This document shows, piece by piece, positions 1-10,117 of a DNA stretch of 64,000 bases. The notes under the pieces are model-generated. The model was not told the DNA's origin, made no database searches, and saw only the letters and a list, made by a program, of their open reading frames with translations. Positions within the stretch are counted from its first letter, which is position 1; each line of letters begins with the position of its first letter. Source of the DNA: an uncultured cyanobacterium (lineage in GTDB: Bacteria; Cyanobacteriota; Cyanobacteriia; Cyanobacteriales; Nostocaceae). The position numbers and the translations under genes were made by a program. The stretch spans positions 736,001 through 800,000 of the forward strand of contig CAVUDP010000002.1 in NCBI GenBank assembly GCA_963740315.1, read 5' to 3'.

Positions 1-1483
1 GATTGAACTTAACGATAATGACAGTTTGAGTATTGAGCAATTCAAAGAAGCTTTGAAACAAGCTATCAACCTGGGGTTACAGTTAGCAATTTTCAATTCC
101 TGCGATGGTTTGGGGTTAGCAAATCAACTAGCACAACTGCATCTACCTCGGTGTATTGTGATGCGGGAACCCGTACCTGATAAAGTTGCAGTCGAATTTT
201 TAAAGAACTTTTTCCAAGAATTTACGGGCGATCGATCTCTTTCCACAGCTTTAAATAAAGCTCGCAAACGTCTAGAACATTTCAATTTAGAATATCCCGG
301 TGCAATTTGGCTTCCTACAATTTGCATTGCATCTAATGTAGAACCGTTAACTTGGGAATCGCTGAGTACGGGGAACGGTAGCTATGTAAAAGTTGATGAG
401 AGTGACTCGAAATCGAAGAAAAATAACGTTATTAAACCATTAATATTAATAAGTGTTTTAGTTATCGGTGGTATTGGTGCTTGGGGTTGGAAGCTATCTT
501 TAGAGTCTTCGCAAAAAACATTAATAGAAATTATCTTATCAAAACTTACTCACGATTCAAAATTAAGTCCGGAAAATATTTCGGGAACATTCCGCTACGG
601 AGGAAGCACAAGTTGGGCACCTATTCAAGATAAAGTTAAAAATGTATTCGAGATACTTTATCCTAATTTTGAACTCGAATATATTAAGCCTAGTCAAGAT
701 AATTATGGTTCGACTACTGGCATTAAAATGCTTTTGAATGACGAACTTGATTTTGCACTGTCTTCTCGTAATCTTACGCCTGAAGAACAAAAAATTGCAG
801 CAAAGAAAGGCTTTGTTTTAGTTCAAATTCCTGTAGCTATCGATGCAATTGCAGTAGTTGTAAACCATAGCCTCAACGTTGATGAATTAACATTAACCCA
901 ACTTGAAGGTATCTATACCGGCGAGATTTATAATTGGAAAGATTTAGGCGGATCGGACTTACCAATAATACCTTATTCTCGAAGTGAAGCAGGAGGTACT
1001 GTAGGATATTTTATCGAAGACGTTTTGAGAGGCAAAAAATTTAGTAATAACCTTAAATTCGTTCCTACAACTACAAAAGGTGTAAGTGAAGTAGCAGCAA
1101 ACGACGGAGGTATTTACTATGCTTCAGCTTCAGAGGTGGTTAATCAATGTAGTGTAAAATCTTTGAAACTAGGAAAAACAAAGAGTAATATAGTTGCTCC
1201 ATACCAACAACCACTTATTCCTCGTTCTGATTGCAGCAATACAAATCGGAATAAAGTAAATCTCGATCAATTTTCCAATCACGAATATCCTATCACCAGA
1301 TCGTTGTATGTAATTTACAAAGAAGTTTCTGTTAATAAAGAAGAACCTGATTTAGATCATGGTTTGAATTCAAAAGAAAAAACTAAAAGCGCTGCCCAAG
1401 CTGCTCAAGCTTATGCAAATTGGTTAAGAACAAATCAAGGTAAACAACTATTAGAAAAAGCAGGGTTTGCTTCAAACTTTTAA
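1..1483 (+). CDS. CHAT-domain / transmembrane / PstS-like phosphate-binding fusion protein (5' end outside window)
   Basis: Frame is open from position 2. CHAT C-terminal motifs LAIFNSCDGLGLA, IVMREPVPDKVAVEFL and WLP; a hydrophobic helix (LILISVLVIGGIGAWGW); then PstS motifs GGSTSW, GSTTGI, LSSR, PVAIDAIAVVVN and YPITRSLY. Confidence 0.85.
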   Translation, partial: IELNDNDSLSIEQFKEALKQAINLGLQLAIFNSCDGLGLANQLAQLHLPRCIVMREPVPDKVAVEFLKNFFQEFTGDRSLSTALNKARKRLEHFNLEYPGAIWLPTICIASNVEPLTWESLSTGNGSYVKVDESDSKSKKNNVIKPLILISVLVIGGIGAWGWKLSLESSQKTLIEIILSKLTHDSKLSPENISGTFRYGGSTSWAPIQDKVKNVFEILYPNFELEYIKPSQDNYGSTTGIKMLLNDELDFALSSRNLTPEEQKIAAKKGFVLVQIPVAIDAIAVVVNHSLNVDELTLTQLEGIYTGEIYNWKDLGGSDLPIIPYSRSEAGGTVGYFIEDVLRGKKFSNNLKFVPTTTKGVSEVAANDGGIYYASASEVVNQCSVKSLKLGKTKSNIVAPYQQPLIPRSDCSNTNRNKVNLDQFSNHEYPITRSLYVIYKEVSVNKEEPDLDHGLNSKEKTKSAAQAAQAYANWLRTNQGKQLLEKAGFASNF

Positions 1484-1566
1484 TGTGGGTTTTACTTCAA
1501 TGCCGATAGTATTTGTAGAAGTTTTGAATTTTATAGCCTCAGACTTATAGTCTAAAGGCATAATAT

Positions 1567-2199
1567 TCATCTCAACCTATTAATTGCAATTTCGATAGGA
1601 TTTTCTTTCATATTATTTTCTAACTGAAAAGAATTAAAAAAATGCTTTGCATCTCCGGCTTTATAATCGGAAACATCTAAAAGATACAGCCTTTTACCCA
1701 CCAAAAATAAACGACTTTTAGCAGTTGTTTCTTGATTTTCATTCTGATACTCTACTTCTATACCCGGATATTTACCTAATCTAATATTGTTTTTATTTAG
1801 TAACTTTATGTCAGTGCCTAAAAAATCTTTTAAAAAATCATTATAAACTTCATTCAACGGTAAGTGATCTAAGTTTGTCCGATAATCTACATAACCAACT
1901 ATATACGAGCTTTTTTTAGTATCCGCATAATAAATATTGATCGAATAATCTTCACTTTTAGAATTCAAGTTAGTTACAGATGTATCGGGTACAAAGATCG
2001 AAAAATTCCCCTCATCTGAATAAAACTCTTTCCATCCGGAAGTTGCTACTACAGAATTATCAGTATTAACTTGGGTAAACAGTGAAATAAATTCCACTTG
2101 TAGTTGCTTAGGAGAAAATGCAATTGCTGCACTAACTTTTGAAGTATATGCTATTACACCTAATCCAAGCATTACAACATTTACTGATAATCTATTCAT
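1567..2199 (-). CDS. Secreted hypothetical protein (PsbP/DcrB-like fold likely)
   Basis: ORF track 1567..2262; start moved to MNRLSV, which gives a signal-like N-terminus. WKEFYSDEGNFSIFVP...LGKYPGIE...RLYLL...FFNSFQ pattern. Confidence 0.6.
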   Translation of the reverse strand: MNRLSVNVVMLGLGVIAYTSKVSAAIAFSPKQLQVEFISLFTQVNTDNSVVATSGWKEFYSDEGNFSIFVPDTSVTNLNSKSEDYSINIYYADTKKSSYIVGYVDYRTNLDHLPLNEVYNDFLKDFLGTDIKLLNKNNIRLGKYPGIEVEYQNENQETTAKSRLFLVGKRLYLLDVSDYKAGDAKHFFNSFQLENNMKENPIEIAINRLR

Positions 2200-2567
2200 T
2201 TTCCTGTCTCCTGCAATACTGGAACAATGCTTTGGTACAAATCTTAATACAGCTAATATCAATTCAAATCACTACGATTATTTTAATTTACCGAATAATT
2301 TTTATTTACATATCAGCACAATGTAGGATTTTTACGAAAACCATCCATGATTATGCCTATTAATTACCGCTTTTTGTAGTTAAGCATAAAATAAAATAAA
2401 TAAAATTAAGACGTTACGTCATGTAACGCCCACATATTTAGATTACTGAATAAATTTATACAAAAGTGTAAAAATTGAATTAATATCAAATGTAAATAAA
2501 GCATCACTTCAATTATTGTGATGCCACAATCATCCCTATTTAATATCAGATAAGCAATTACGAAATG

Positions 2568-3254
2568 CTAATCAATCAAACCTTCTTCTCTTGCCCGAAT
2601 ATGGGTTATAACTCGAAGATTTTTTCCTTGATTTCTTAATTCTTCAACATTAATATCTAACATAACTTGTAATTTAAACCAATAATGACGCACCATACGC
2701 TCGGAAACACAGATATGTGCGGCAATTGCTTTATCTTGGAATCCTTCTTCAAATGCTAAATTAAGCAGCCTTATCCACTCCGGTTTAATTTCCAACCCAG
2801 AATTAATTGCTTTGATACCTTTGGTATGAGTTAATCCTTGCATTGCCCAATCGACTCTTTGTAATGTTTCCTGAGTAGTAAGAGATTTATCTGCAACTAC
2901 AAAACCTGATGGATGATTATCAATTTCCGACTTCATTCTTACTAAAGTTTTGATACAGGTGCTTTGTACGAGAATATTAATTTGGGGATAGTCACTTAAT
3001 AATTTCTGAAGTAGTTGCATTCCATTATTAATTCGGGTTGCCTCCCCTACATTTTGTGCAATGCAAATGTCAGTAATAACTAACTCTGGCTTAAATATTT
3101 CAACTTGATACAAAGCATTTTCTACAGTTGTAGCAGCGTGAATTACAGCATTCGGATAATAGGAACGCAATATTTTGATCGTGCCATTCAGAAATATTTC
3201 GTAGCTCTCAACGATCAAAATTTTAGGAGATACTTTTTTTTGTATTTGGTTCAT
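2568..3254 (-). CDS. Response regulator, REC plus C-terminal LuxR-like HTH
   Basis: KILIVE...PELVITDI receiver motifs; C-terminal GFQDKAIAAHICVSERMVRHYW helix-turn-helix. Confidence 0.85.
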   Translation of the reverse strand: MNQIQKKVSPKILIVESYEIFLNGTIKILRSYYPNAVIHAATTVENALYQVEIFKPELVITDICIAQNVGEATRINNGMQLLQKLLSDYPQINILVQSTCIKTLVRMKSEIDNHPSGFVVADKSLTTQETLQRVDWAMQGLTHTKGIKAINSGLEIKPEWIRLLNLAFEEGFQDKAIAAHICVSERMVRHYWFKLQVMLDINVEELRNQGKNLRVITHIRAREEGLID

Positions 3255-3482
3255 ATTTAGTTACTCTTGATATAGTTTGTTTTCCCGGAGCAAGCACCAT
3301 TCTGACTGATGCTAAAAGAAACCGGGTTGCTCGTCGAAATGCTTTGTTTGGGATACATATAGCACTTAGCAAAAAAGCACATTTTTATTGTAGGGGAGGC
3401 AAAAAGCGGTGTAGATTCTCTTCCCGCTTTATTGAGGCAAAATTGGGTGTAGATTTTCTTCCCCAATTATTGCCGTGCCGTT

Positions 3483-3570
3483 GTGTGACGCACCGAGTTA
3501 ATTTGAACGTAGCAACGTCGGTTTGTAGCGTCACGCACCATCAACCAGTTGTGACAACACCGTAAGTCCT
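3483..3570 (-). mobile_element. Partial inverted copy of the AGGACTTACG-ended MITE with an internal REP-like hairpin
   Basis: Reverse complement aligns by eye with the left part of 30907-31027 (AGGACTTAC..GTCACAA..TGGTGCGTGAC..CTACGTTCAAA). Confidence 0.6.
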
Positions 3571-3941
3571 GGTAGTTTAAAAAACCCCGATCCAAATAGT
3601 TATACGCCCTTGAAATTGGAAACTAAAATCAACTGCAATTCCTCACCTCAAAAATAAAATATTTCATAATTTAGTAGCGATCGCTTACCTTGATACTGTA
3701 TTTCTCATCGTCATCTATACTCTTCTTTTTTACACTATAACTCCGTAATATTGCTACTAATAGCTATCCATACAACATTTTACATGAAAATTCCGTAAAG
3801 CTCTTAAAGACTCTGAAAAAGAAGTTTAGCTCAAAAAACGGAGAAAAGTATAAACTCTTCCCCGCTTGGTAATTTATGCCTTATTTTTTTGTTGGAACAC
3901 ACTAATAGCCGCTTGAGGCAAAATCAAATTTTTTACGTTGT

Positions 3942-4418
3942 TTAGAAACGATAGCCAAGCCCAATACCGAATACAGCATCAGCATCATTATCTAAAGGAA
4001 CCTTTAAATCGCCGAAAACTACTACATTTGTGGCAATTTCTGTTTCTGCACCACCATTGAGAAACGCCTCCGAATCACCCTCACCAAAAGCTAAACCAGC
4101 GCCAGCATAAGCATTTGCCTTTTCAGAGATTGGTAAATCATAGGTAACTGCTGGTGCAAATTGAGTAAAAGTGCTGCCAGAAACATCTGTTACATCTACA
4201 CTACCTCGCACGGAGATTGGTAACTGGCGAACATCATAACGTCCGTAAACGTTAACCCCAGTGATTCCGCTTCCAGTTTGAAAACTACCACCAACGTAGC
4301 TTCCTTCCAAACCTTTTTTGGATTGAGCGTTAGCAGACAATGTAGATGCGAAAGTCAAAGCACAAGCGATCGCCGACACAGCAGAGACTTTTGCAGCAGA
4401 TTTAAGAAACTGTCGCAT
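3942..4418 (-). CDS. Small outer-membrane beta-barrel protein
   Basis: Signal peptide ending ANA-Q, amphipathic strands and a C-terminal GLGYRF Bam-type motif. Confidence 0.8.
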   Translation of the reverse strand: MRQFLKSAAKVSAVSAIACALTFASTLSANAQSKKGLEGSYVGGSFQTGSGITGVNVYGRYDVRQLPISVRGSVDVTDVSGSTFTQFAPAVTYDLPISEKANAYAGAGLAFGEGDSEAFLNGGAETEIATNVVVFGDLKVPLDNDADAVFGIGLGYRF

Positions 4419-4826
4419 AATATTGCCTAAGTATAAATTTTGAATACAATCGGATATCTTCGGAATTCAAAAGATGCTTTTTATTCCGAGTGCTTAGAAT
4501 ATTAGCTCAGTAATTTTTCTGGTGTCGGTATGGAAAACAACTTATATAAAAGATTCTTTATTACTCTGAATAACTCCTAAAATTAGACAAGATTTTGTAA
4601 GGCAATAATTTGAAAGCAGAAGAAAGCAAAAGAAAATAGTAATGGCGTTAAAAGAAATTCTCAACGCCCAATTTTCAATTATAAATTTTATAGCTACATT
4701 AAATAATTTTAGAAACCTATCTAATTTAAACCCTTTACGATCTCTTTAAACTCCGAATAGCTCCGAATACAGTGCAAAGTAAAAATTAGAATGTAGAATA
4801 TATTCAGCCAACATAATCTTAAGCAA

Positions 4827-7130
4827 ATGTTCCCAAGCGATTTTTTGACTGAAATGGCGCACAAGCACGAGCTTTCTCAAGATCAAGAAGAAGTTTTTTT
4901 GATGCGAATGGGAAATGGTCAAAGCTACGAAGAAATAGCCTCCGAATTGGGTACTTCTGCTGATGCTTGTCTGAAAAGGATGGGACAAGTTTATAAAAAG
5001 TTTAAGGTGAGCGGTAGTAGCCGAGGTAAAGAAAATCGTTTGCGAATTTTCTTAACTAGAGAATGGGAACAACTTAAAACCAATCGAGATGAACATAACT
5101 CCGAATTATTGGTAAATACTCAGCAATTAGATGCAAATACTCTTAAAGAGGTAGAAAGCGAATCTCCTGTAGTTCCTATAGTACAGAACTTACCAGCGCG
5201 GGAATATACAACTTTCGTCGGACGCGATCGCGAAATTACCCGATTGATGGAACTATTAGATTACGCACATTCTGCACATTTAATCAGTGTAGATGGTATT
5301 GGTGGGGTAGGTAAAACTACTTTGGTGGTAGAAGCAGCTTATAGATGTAAGGATGCATCAAACAAATATTCCAATCTGCCTACTTTTGAAACCATAATCT
5401 TTACATCCGCAAAACTTAATCATCTTACTTCTATGGGGCTTTTACCGCGATTAGCTCCTACTAAAACTTTACGCGATATCTGTCGAGAAATTGCTCGTGT
5501 TTTGGAGTTTTCGGAAATAAATAATTTACCTTTGCCAGAACAAATTGAGGTAATTCGTAACAAACTTTCGCAGACTGAAACTCTATTAATTGTTGACAAT
5601 TTAGAAACTATTGAAGATAAGCAAGAAGTTCTTTCCTTTTTGTACGATTTACCACCAACGGTAAAGGTAATTATTACTACCCGCGAACAAACTTTATTTG
5701 TCCCGATTCGTCTTAATTCTCTACCGAAAGAACATGGTTTGCGGCTTATTCAACATGAAGCTAAAGAAAAAGGTGTTGAGTTAACTAAAGAACAATCACA
5801 GCAACTTTATGAAGCCGTAAGTGGAGTACCAGCGGCGATGATTTACGCGATCGGACAGATGGCGGCTGGTTATTTACTCGAAGATGTACTGGTATTAATT
5901 AAACATCCTCAAGGTGATATTGCTCGTTTTTGCTTTACCACTTCCGTAGATCCTCTGAGAAACTCGCCACCTCATTATCTATTAATGGGACTAACTCTTT
6001 TCGTGCAACCAGTTACTAGAGAAACCATTGGCTTCATTGTTTTTGAAAATCCAGATCCGATCGCAATATCTCAAAGTTTAGTAAAGTTGCAACAACTTTC
6101 CTTAATTTATCAACAACAGGGGCGTTATAGTACTTCTGCCCTAACTCGCGAATATGCTTGGGCCCAATTAGCTGCAAATGCTGAATTTGAGCAGCAATTA
6201 CGCCAGCGTTGGTTAGATTGGTACCTTAAATTTTCCGAATCATTTGGGGATAAAGATTGGAACGAATGGCATCTAAGCTATGAATATTTAGAAGCCGAAT
6301 GGGAAAATCTGCAAGCAGTATTGGAATGGTGTATTACGAGCGCCCGATATTCTGAAGTAAAAACATTATGGCAGCGTATAAAAGGATATATTCATGTACG
6401 TGGATATTGGGATGAACGTTTAGAGTGGGGTGCTTGGTTGATTGAGGCTGCAAAGCAAGCAGGCGATTGGACAACAGCCTTAGAAGCAATGTGCGATCGC
6501 GCTTGGACTTTGGTAAGAATGCGCTCTTTGCCTCAGTTGCAAGAAGCACAGGTGTTATTACAAGAAGCTTGGGATTTACGCCAGCATCAAACCGTAAGCT
6601 TTCAGTTAGAATTAGCTGCAAACATGGTAATTTTGCACGTTCATCTTTCACAATTGCAGCAAGCACAAAAATGGATCGAAGTGAAAAAACAGCTATTAAA
6701 AAAAGCTAAACTTAGTCAATCGGAATATCATTCACAGCAAGTTCAGATTTTGTATTATCAAGGACAAATATTTTATCGAGAAGGTGATTATCAACAAGCA
6801 CAAACAACTTTCGAGCAAGCATTATTAAAAGCACAACAAATAGAATGGCAAAAAGCAACCGCAGCTATTCAAAATTGGTTGGCTGATATTGCACTATTAA
6901 ATGGTGATTTAGCTTTATCTCGGCAACTGTTAGAATTTAGCTTACCAATGGCACAAAGGAATAAAGATAAGCGGGTTATTGCTTTCCATAAAGCAACATT
7001 TGCTAAACTCGAAAAAACTTGTGGAAATGGTTTTCTTGCTCATCGTTTGGCAAAAGAAGCGGCGGAAAGCTTTGAAAGTTTAAAAATGAGTGCAGAAGCC
7101 CAAGAAATGTATGCTTTACTTGCCAATTAA
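4827..7130 (+). CDS. HTH - NB-ARC (STAND NTPase) - TPR protein
   Basis: N-terminal HTH (SYEEIASELGTSADAC); FVGR, Walker A GIGGVGKTT, Walker B LLIVDNLE, IITTR and GVPAAM (GxP) motifs; helical TPR-like C-terminus. Confidence 0.85.
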   Translation: MFPSDFLTEMAHKHELSQDQEEVFLMRMGNGQSYEEIASELGTSADACLKRMGQVYKKFKVSGSSRGKENRLRIFLTREWEQLKTNRDEHNSELLVNTQQLDANTLKEVESESPVVPIVQNLPAREYTTFVGRDREITRLMELLDYAHSAHLISVDGIGGVGKTTLVVEAAYRCKDASNKYSNLPTFETIIFTSAKLNHLTSMGLLPRLAPTKTLRDICREIARVLEFSEINNLPLPEQIEVIRNKLSQTETLLIVDNLETIEDKQEVLSFLYDLPPTVKVIITTREQTLFVPIRLNSLPKEHGLRLIQHEAKEKGVELTKEQSQQLYEAVSGVPAAMIYAIGQMAAGYLLEDVLVLIKHPQGDIARFCFTTSVDPLRNSPPHYLLMGLTLFVQPVTRETIGFIVFENPDPIAISQSLVKLQQLSLIYQQQGRYSTSALTREYAWAQLAANAEFEQQLRQRWLDWYLKFSESFGDKDWNEWHLSYEYLEAEWENLQAVLEWCITSARYSEVKTLWQRIKGYIHVRGYWDERLEWGAWLIEAAKQAGDWTTALEAMCDRAWTLVRMRSLPQLQEAQVLLQEAWDLRQHQTVSFQLELAANMVILHVHLSQLQQAQKWIEVKKQLLKKAKLSQSEYHSQQVQILYYQGQIFYREGDYQQAQTTFEQALLKAQQIEWQKATAAIQNWLADIALLNGDLALSRQLLEFSLPMAQRNKDKRVIAFHKATFAKLEKTCGNGFLAHRLAKEAAESFESLKMSAEAQEMYALLAN

Positions 7131-7216
7131 AATATTGGGGATTGGGGATTGGGCATTGGATATTTTAAATTCTATTAATAATCCCATGCCAATTACCCAC
7201 TACCATATTTTAATAT

Positions 7217-7699
7217 TTAATTTAATAAAGCATTAGGAATAATTGGTAAATCAGCACAAGCCGCAGGGTTTGTATCGATAGGTAAATCAGCACAAGCAGC
7301 AAGGTTAACAGATGTGTTATCTAGAACTCCTACTCCGAAAAACTCTTCAAATAAAGCTTTCGTTACACTAAAAGCTCGTGCGTAAACTTGATGTGTTTCT
7401 GGATTTTGTTCGCCGTCAATAGCGGAACAATGATTTAGAATGTAACCAAAAATATAATAGCAGTCTCGAATATATTTGAGTAAATTCACCTCAATATGAG
7501 CGTGCCAAACTGCATCAATTTCTTGAGTGGGAACCAATATTGCAGCAGGATAAACTGACTTGAGGTATAAGTACAGTTTGTAACGTTTAATTGCCACTTG
7601 CGTTTTTTCTTTTGTCCATTCCTGAGAAAACATAAGTTTATTGGCAACCGGCTGTAAATCTAAGTTATTCACCCGATCGAAAAAAGTAACAATTTTCAT
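7217..7699 (-). CDS. Glycine-rich-domain / DUF1399-like protein with a duplicated C-terminal AACADLPI motif
   Basis: AIKRYKLYLYL..LVPTQEIDAVWHAHI..Y..DC....GYILNH signature. Confidence 0.7.
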   Translation of the reverse strand: MKIVTFFDRVNNLDLQPVANKLMFSQEWTKEKTQVAIKRYKLYLYLKSVYPAAILVPTQEIDAVWHAHIEVNLLKYIRDCYYIFGYILNHCSAIDGEQNPETHQVYARAFSVTKALFEEFFGVGVLDNTSVNLAACADLPIDTNPAACADLPIIPNALLN

Positions 7700-8214
7700 T
7701 AGTTTTATGACTTTAATAAAAGTATGTGGAAGGATGATTTAGTTTTAATAATCATCGACATTTAATTATCAGGAGGTTTCAAGTGTTTTTACGAAAAGTT
7801 TGAGGATTTTTTATACTTTTTTGGCTAAAAAATACCGATCCAATCGACAAAAATGAAACAAAATTCGGTTTGCGATCGCGGTAGTCAGAAAGCTCGCCGA
7901 TAATATCAAAATTTTGAGGACAAAAATTAAATATTGTTTAATACAAGGCTAAATCTGTTAAATAGCTAAAAACTAGCCTTTAATTTAACAGCGTTTTTTC
8001 ATAAATTTGCAGTGACAGACTGATTAAGTAGTATACAAACTGCTAAAAAATCTGCCTTGATTCCCATCCTAAATATGAAAAGGATGGCAAGAATGCTATC
8101 TATGACATATTTCTAACAAGATTTTTATCTTTTACGCATTTAAGGGAATTCTATAAACATCAGTCTTTTTTTTTCTATGAACCCCTAAGTAAATTTACTA
8201 CCACTTTCAGCTTT

Positions 8215-9936
8215 ATGAAGAATATGAATCATAGAATATCTAAAAATTTTCAGAATATTTCTATTTGTATCTCCGTTTTGGGTGCTTTATTTCTTAGTGC
8301 TTGTGATTCCCCAGGTAATTCCAACGAAGGGTTTGAAGTTAAATTTTTAGTGGGAAGCGCTTTAAAAGAATTTTGCGATCAATTTGCCGAACAATTTAAC
8401 GCTACCAAACCCAAACTAGAAAACGGTAAAGCTTTCTATCTCAACTGCGAAGCTAAAGGTAGCGGGGATGTAGTTGCAGAAATGACTTCTTTGTCGCAAC
8501 AACTCAAAGCGGGAACTTTGCAACCAGATGATGCGAACTTTCCCACATTAATTTCCGTAGATGGAGAAATTTACCATTCTCAACTGCTTTATCAATTCAA
8601 TCAAATCTTCCCCGGACAAAATTATATTCCTGAAATTACCGATGCACCGCTACTTGCAAACAGCCCGATGGTGTTTATGGCTCCCGCCGATGTCGCGGCT
8701 GGATTACGCAAGCAGGAAGACTTGTATAAAACATTGGTAACGGCGAAAACTCATAAAGACATTGATTCTAGCAGCCCTCAACTACCTATTAACTTTGTTC
8801 ATACAGCACCTACTCGCTCCAACTCCGGCTTGCAAACACTAGTAGCGCAATTTACCAGCGTATCCGGGAAAAGACCGGAACAAATAACAGCGGCAGATGT
8901 GCAAAAATATCAATCGCAAATTCAGAAAATTCAAAGTAAAGTCACTCGTTACGGAGTTTCGACAAATACTTTGGCGGCTGACATGGTAAAAAATGGTACT
9001 TTTTGGGCATCGATTGGTTCGGTATATGAATCATCGGTAATTCAAGCCAACTCGAATTTACAACCCGGTCAAACTCGTTTTGAGGCGATTTATCCCAAAG
9101 CTACATTTACATCTAATATGCGGGCAATTTTACCTAGTGGAACTTGGGTAAATGCAGATGAAAAAGCAGCCGCCCAAAAAGTTATTGAATATTTAAGAAC
9201 TCCTCAAGCGCAAAAAATTGCTACAGAATTGGGATTAAGACCTGGTGTACCGGGAGTCGAGCTAGGTGCCAAATTTACCCCACAATTTGGCGTGAAAGCC
9301 GATGTAAAATATGATTCATTACGTCCTCCGCAACCGCAAGTAGTAGCAGCGATGCTCAAATCCTGGCAAGAATTCGCCAAGAAACCTTCGCAAGTAGTTG
9401 TAGTCGTAGATTCTTCCGGTTCGATGTCGGGTAACAAATTACCAGCCGTACAAAATACCTTACGCAACTATATTCAAAGTTTGGGACCAAAAGAGCAAAT
9501 AGCAGTAATAGATTTTGACTCAGAAATACGCACTCCGGTAAAAGTTAACGGTACTCCGCAAGGGCAAGAAAGCGGAATACAATTCATCGGAAACTTACGC
9601 GCAGATGGCGGTACTCGATTGTACGATTCTGCTTTGGAAGCGCGTAACTGGTTAGAGCAAAATCTTCGTCAAGATGCGATTAACGCTGTAGTTATCCTCA
9701 CAGATGGTGACGATTCTGGTTCCAAGATTAATTTAGATCGATTACGTCAAGAATTGGAAAAAAGTAACTTTAGCAGCGATAAACGTATAGCCTTTTTTAC
9801 GGTAGGTTATGGAAACGAAGGAGAATTCAACCCCGAAGTACTCAAACAAATAGCCGAACTTAATGGAGGTTATTACCGCAAAGGAAACCCCGAAACCATT
9901 TCTTCATTAATGGCAGATTTACAAGTTGAATTTTAA
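8215..9936 (+). CDS. Lipoprotein: periplasmic solute-binding domain plus C-terminal vWA domain
   Basis: Lipobox LSAC; SBP motifs (GSGD, PTRSNSG, VYESSV); vWA MIDAS DSSGSM, GGTRLYD and LTDG. Confidence 0.9.
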   Translation: MKNMNHRISKNFQNISICISVLGALFLSACDSPGNSNEGFEVKFLVGSALKEFCDQFAEQFNATKPKLENGKAFYLNCEAKGSGDVVAEMTSLSQQLKAGTLQPDDANFPTLISVDGEIYHSQLLYQFNQIFPGQNYIPEITDAPLLANSPMVFMAPADVAAGLRKQEDLYKTLVTAKTHKDIDSSSPQLPINFVHTAPTRSNSGLQTLVAQFTSVSGKRPEQITAADVQKYQSQIQKIQSKVTRYGVSTNTLAADMVKNGTFWASIGSVYESSVIQANSNLQPGQTRFEAIYPKATFTSNMRAILPSGTWVNADEKAAAQKVIEYLRTPQAQKIATELGLRPGVPGVELGAKFTPQFGVKADVKYDSLRPPQPQVVAAMLKSWQEFAKKPSQVVVVVDSSGSMSGNKLPAVQNTLRNYIQSLGPKEQIAVIDFDSEIRTPVKVNGTPQGQESGIQFIGNLRADGGTRLYDSALEARNWLEQNLRQDAINAVVILTDGDDSGSKINLDRLRQELEKSNFSSDKRIAFFTVGYGNEGEFNPEVLKQIAELNGGYYRKGNPETISSLMADLQVEF

Positions 9937-9940
9937 GAAA

Positions 9941-10110
9941 GTTAGGACCACCGGAGTTAGGAGTTAGGACCACCGGAGTTAAGAGTTAGGACCACCGGAG
10001 TTAGGAGTGAGTAATTACTAATTATCTACCCCCTCTCCCCATCTCCCCCTCTCCCCCTCTACCCCCTCTACCCCCTCTCCTCATCTCCCCATTACCAATC
10101 CCCAATCCCA
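9941..10110. repeat. Three 22-bp tandem units (GTTAGGACCACCGGAGTTARGA) followed by CCCCCT(C/A)-rich STRR
   Basis: Read directly; related inverted CTCCGGTGGTCCTAAC copies near 24885 and 50850. Confidence 0.8.
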
Positions 10111-10117
10111 ATTAATT

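Noticed and set aside
3257..3565. Two small overlapping ORFs
   Set aside because: Overlap a promoter region and a MITE remnant.
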